Source of the DNA: Raja brachyura
Taxonomy: Eukaryota
Length of the DNA: 64,000 bases
Direction: 5' to 3'
NCBI GenBank assembly: GCA_963514005.1
Contig: OY740800.1
Span: 32,178,001-32,242,000 of the forward strand
Shown: positions 62,550-64,000 of the stretch, one piece after another
Position numbering within the stretch: position 1 is the stretch's first letter
Layout of the letters: the number at the start of each line of letters is the position of its first letter
Made by a program: the position numbers and the translations under genes
Notes under the pieces: model-generated
What the model was told of the DNA's origin: nothing
What the model saw: only the letters and a program-made list of their open reading frames with translations
Database searches by the model: none

Positions 62550-63925
62550 GGGCGGTACAGTGGTGCAGCGGTAGAGTTGCTGCCTCACAGCGCCTGAGAC
62601 CCGGGTTCGATCCCGACTACGGGTGCTTGTCTGTACGGAGTTTCTACGTTCTCCACGTGACATGCTTGGGTTTTCTCCGATATCTTCGGTTTCCTCCCAC
62701 ACTCCAAAGACGTACAGGTATGTAGGTTAATTAGCTTGGTACAAATGTAGAATTGTCCTTAGTCTGCGTAGGATAGTGTTAATGTAGGCATGTTACAAAA
62801 CTTACCTTCAGCGGCACTGCAGTTCTGCCACTGGCCGTGTGCGTGACTTTGGCGCCTTTTGGGGGGGGGGGGGGCGGGGTTAAAATGTGGTTTTCTACCG
62901 CCTGTCCTGGATATATTTTCGCGGGGAGCTAGCAAATGCCATAGATTTGTTTTCCGATGGCCGTTCTGTGAATTTTTTTTTAATCGCTGGACAATTTCAG
63001 CGCTGGAGTAAAATTAAAAGCAGCTTCTAAAGTCATCAACGCCGATAACCGGGACGGATTTCACGTCCGGGACAGCTAAAGGAAAGCCGTTTATTTTACA
63101 TATAAATGTGCTTCTTAAGATGACCTTAATCCACATTTTACGTTGCGAAAAGGTGATTTAGGCCACATACAAACCGGCAGTATTTTTCCTGCCGATATGG
63201 GGTTTAAATTCACCGCAACCGCAACATTCCAAACGATCGCGTTCCACAAAATCCCACTCGCAAGATGATTTAAATGCCATTCATTTACAGGAATTAAACA
63301 CAAAATTCCTTCAATTTTGCCTATAAATGACTGACAATGAGATTTAAAAATCATGTTATATTGTGAATTCTTGTGTGAATGTTATTTGGACACTTAGGCT
63401 ATTTAAAAATGTTAATATTTTCTTAAGAAATGGATAGATGTTTAGATCTAGTAATTGAATTTTGTAATTAGCTACAATTGGGTAACTAACTAATTATATG
63501 CTTTAATTTCAGGTCTTCCAAGTAAGATTGTGTCATATTTGTTTCAGAATGCTTCAATCTATAATAACTGAAATTTTATTTCAGTTCTCTTAATTTTTAA
63601 GAAAATTATGGACTTTTGACTGTCCTCGATCACAGCTTTTTTGTTAAGTCAATGGAAAAGCAATAGGGAACAAGATGCTAATTTCCGAGTATGAAAATGG
63701 TCATGACCTTTTTAATACTGAAGATATGAAATTGAATTAGGTGTCAAATTAAACTTATTTTTATGCTTTATCTGATGGGATAAATTGCAGACTTGATTTT
63801 TTTAATCTCAAAATTTTGTAACATTGCTAGTTAATGTGCGGGGATCGCTGGTCGGCGCGGACTTGGTGGGCTGAATGGGCCTGTTGCCATGCTGTATCGG
63901 TAAACTAGACTAAAGCTAGACTAGA
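62550..63925 (+). mobile_element. HE1-like SINE split by the 7-bp-TSD transposon
   Basis: Head and V-domain at 62550-62784; tail resumes at 63837. Confidence 0.85.
62785..63829. mobile_element. Second copy of the TAG-TIR, 7-bp-TSD DNA transposon
   Basis: TAGGCATGTTACAAAA...TTTTGTAACATTGCTA flanked by GTTAATG (62778-62784, 63830-63836); colinear with 15393-16423. Confidence 0.9.
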
Positions 63926-64000
63926 CTCAAATCACACCACCTGGTACTCAGTTCTTAAAGGTTCGAGCCATTATATACACTGCATCCTCCATCCCCACTC

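Overview
Eukaryotic, repeat-dominated vertebrate DNA. The HE1/V-type SINEs, CR1, Rex1, Penelope and Deu-SINE content point to a cartilaginous fish, probably a skate or ray (inference). The first 4.5 kb is the right-hand part of an apparently intact, young DIRS1-type tyrosine-recombinase retrotransposon. It has gag, then RT/RNaseH with a C-terminal N6-adenine-methyltransferase-like domain, then YR, and a perfect 80-bp ICR/terminal inverted repeat. Its layout suggests that one ATG serves both Pol and, via splicing, the recombinase. The rest resembles intron or gene-desert sequence: many SINEs, LINE 3' fragments (CR1, Rex1/Babar, L1, Tx1, RTE), Penelope remnants and their hammerhead-bearing fold-back derivatives, Harbinger MITEs, two copies of a 7-bp-TSD DNA transposon, and a GC-rich VNTR-containing non-autonomous retroelement. 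A few candidate exons of an unidentified minus-strand host gene are reported with low confidence. Family names come from motif recognition only; no database search was run. Boundaries of degenerate repeats are approximate.
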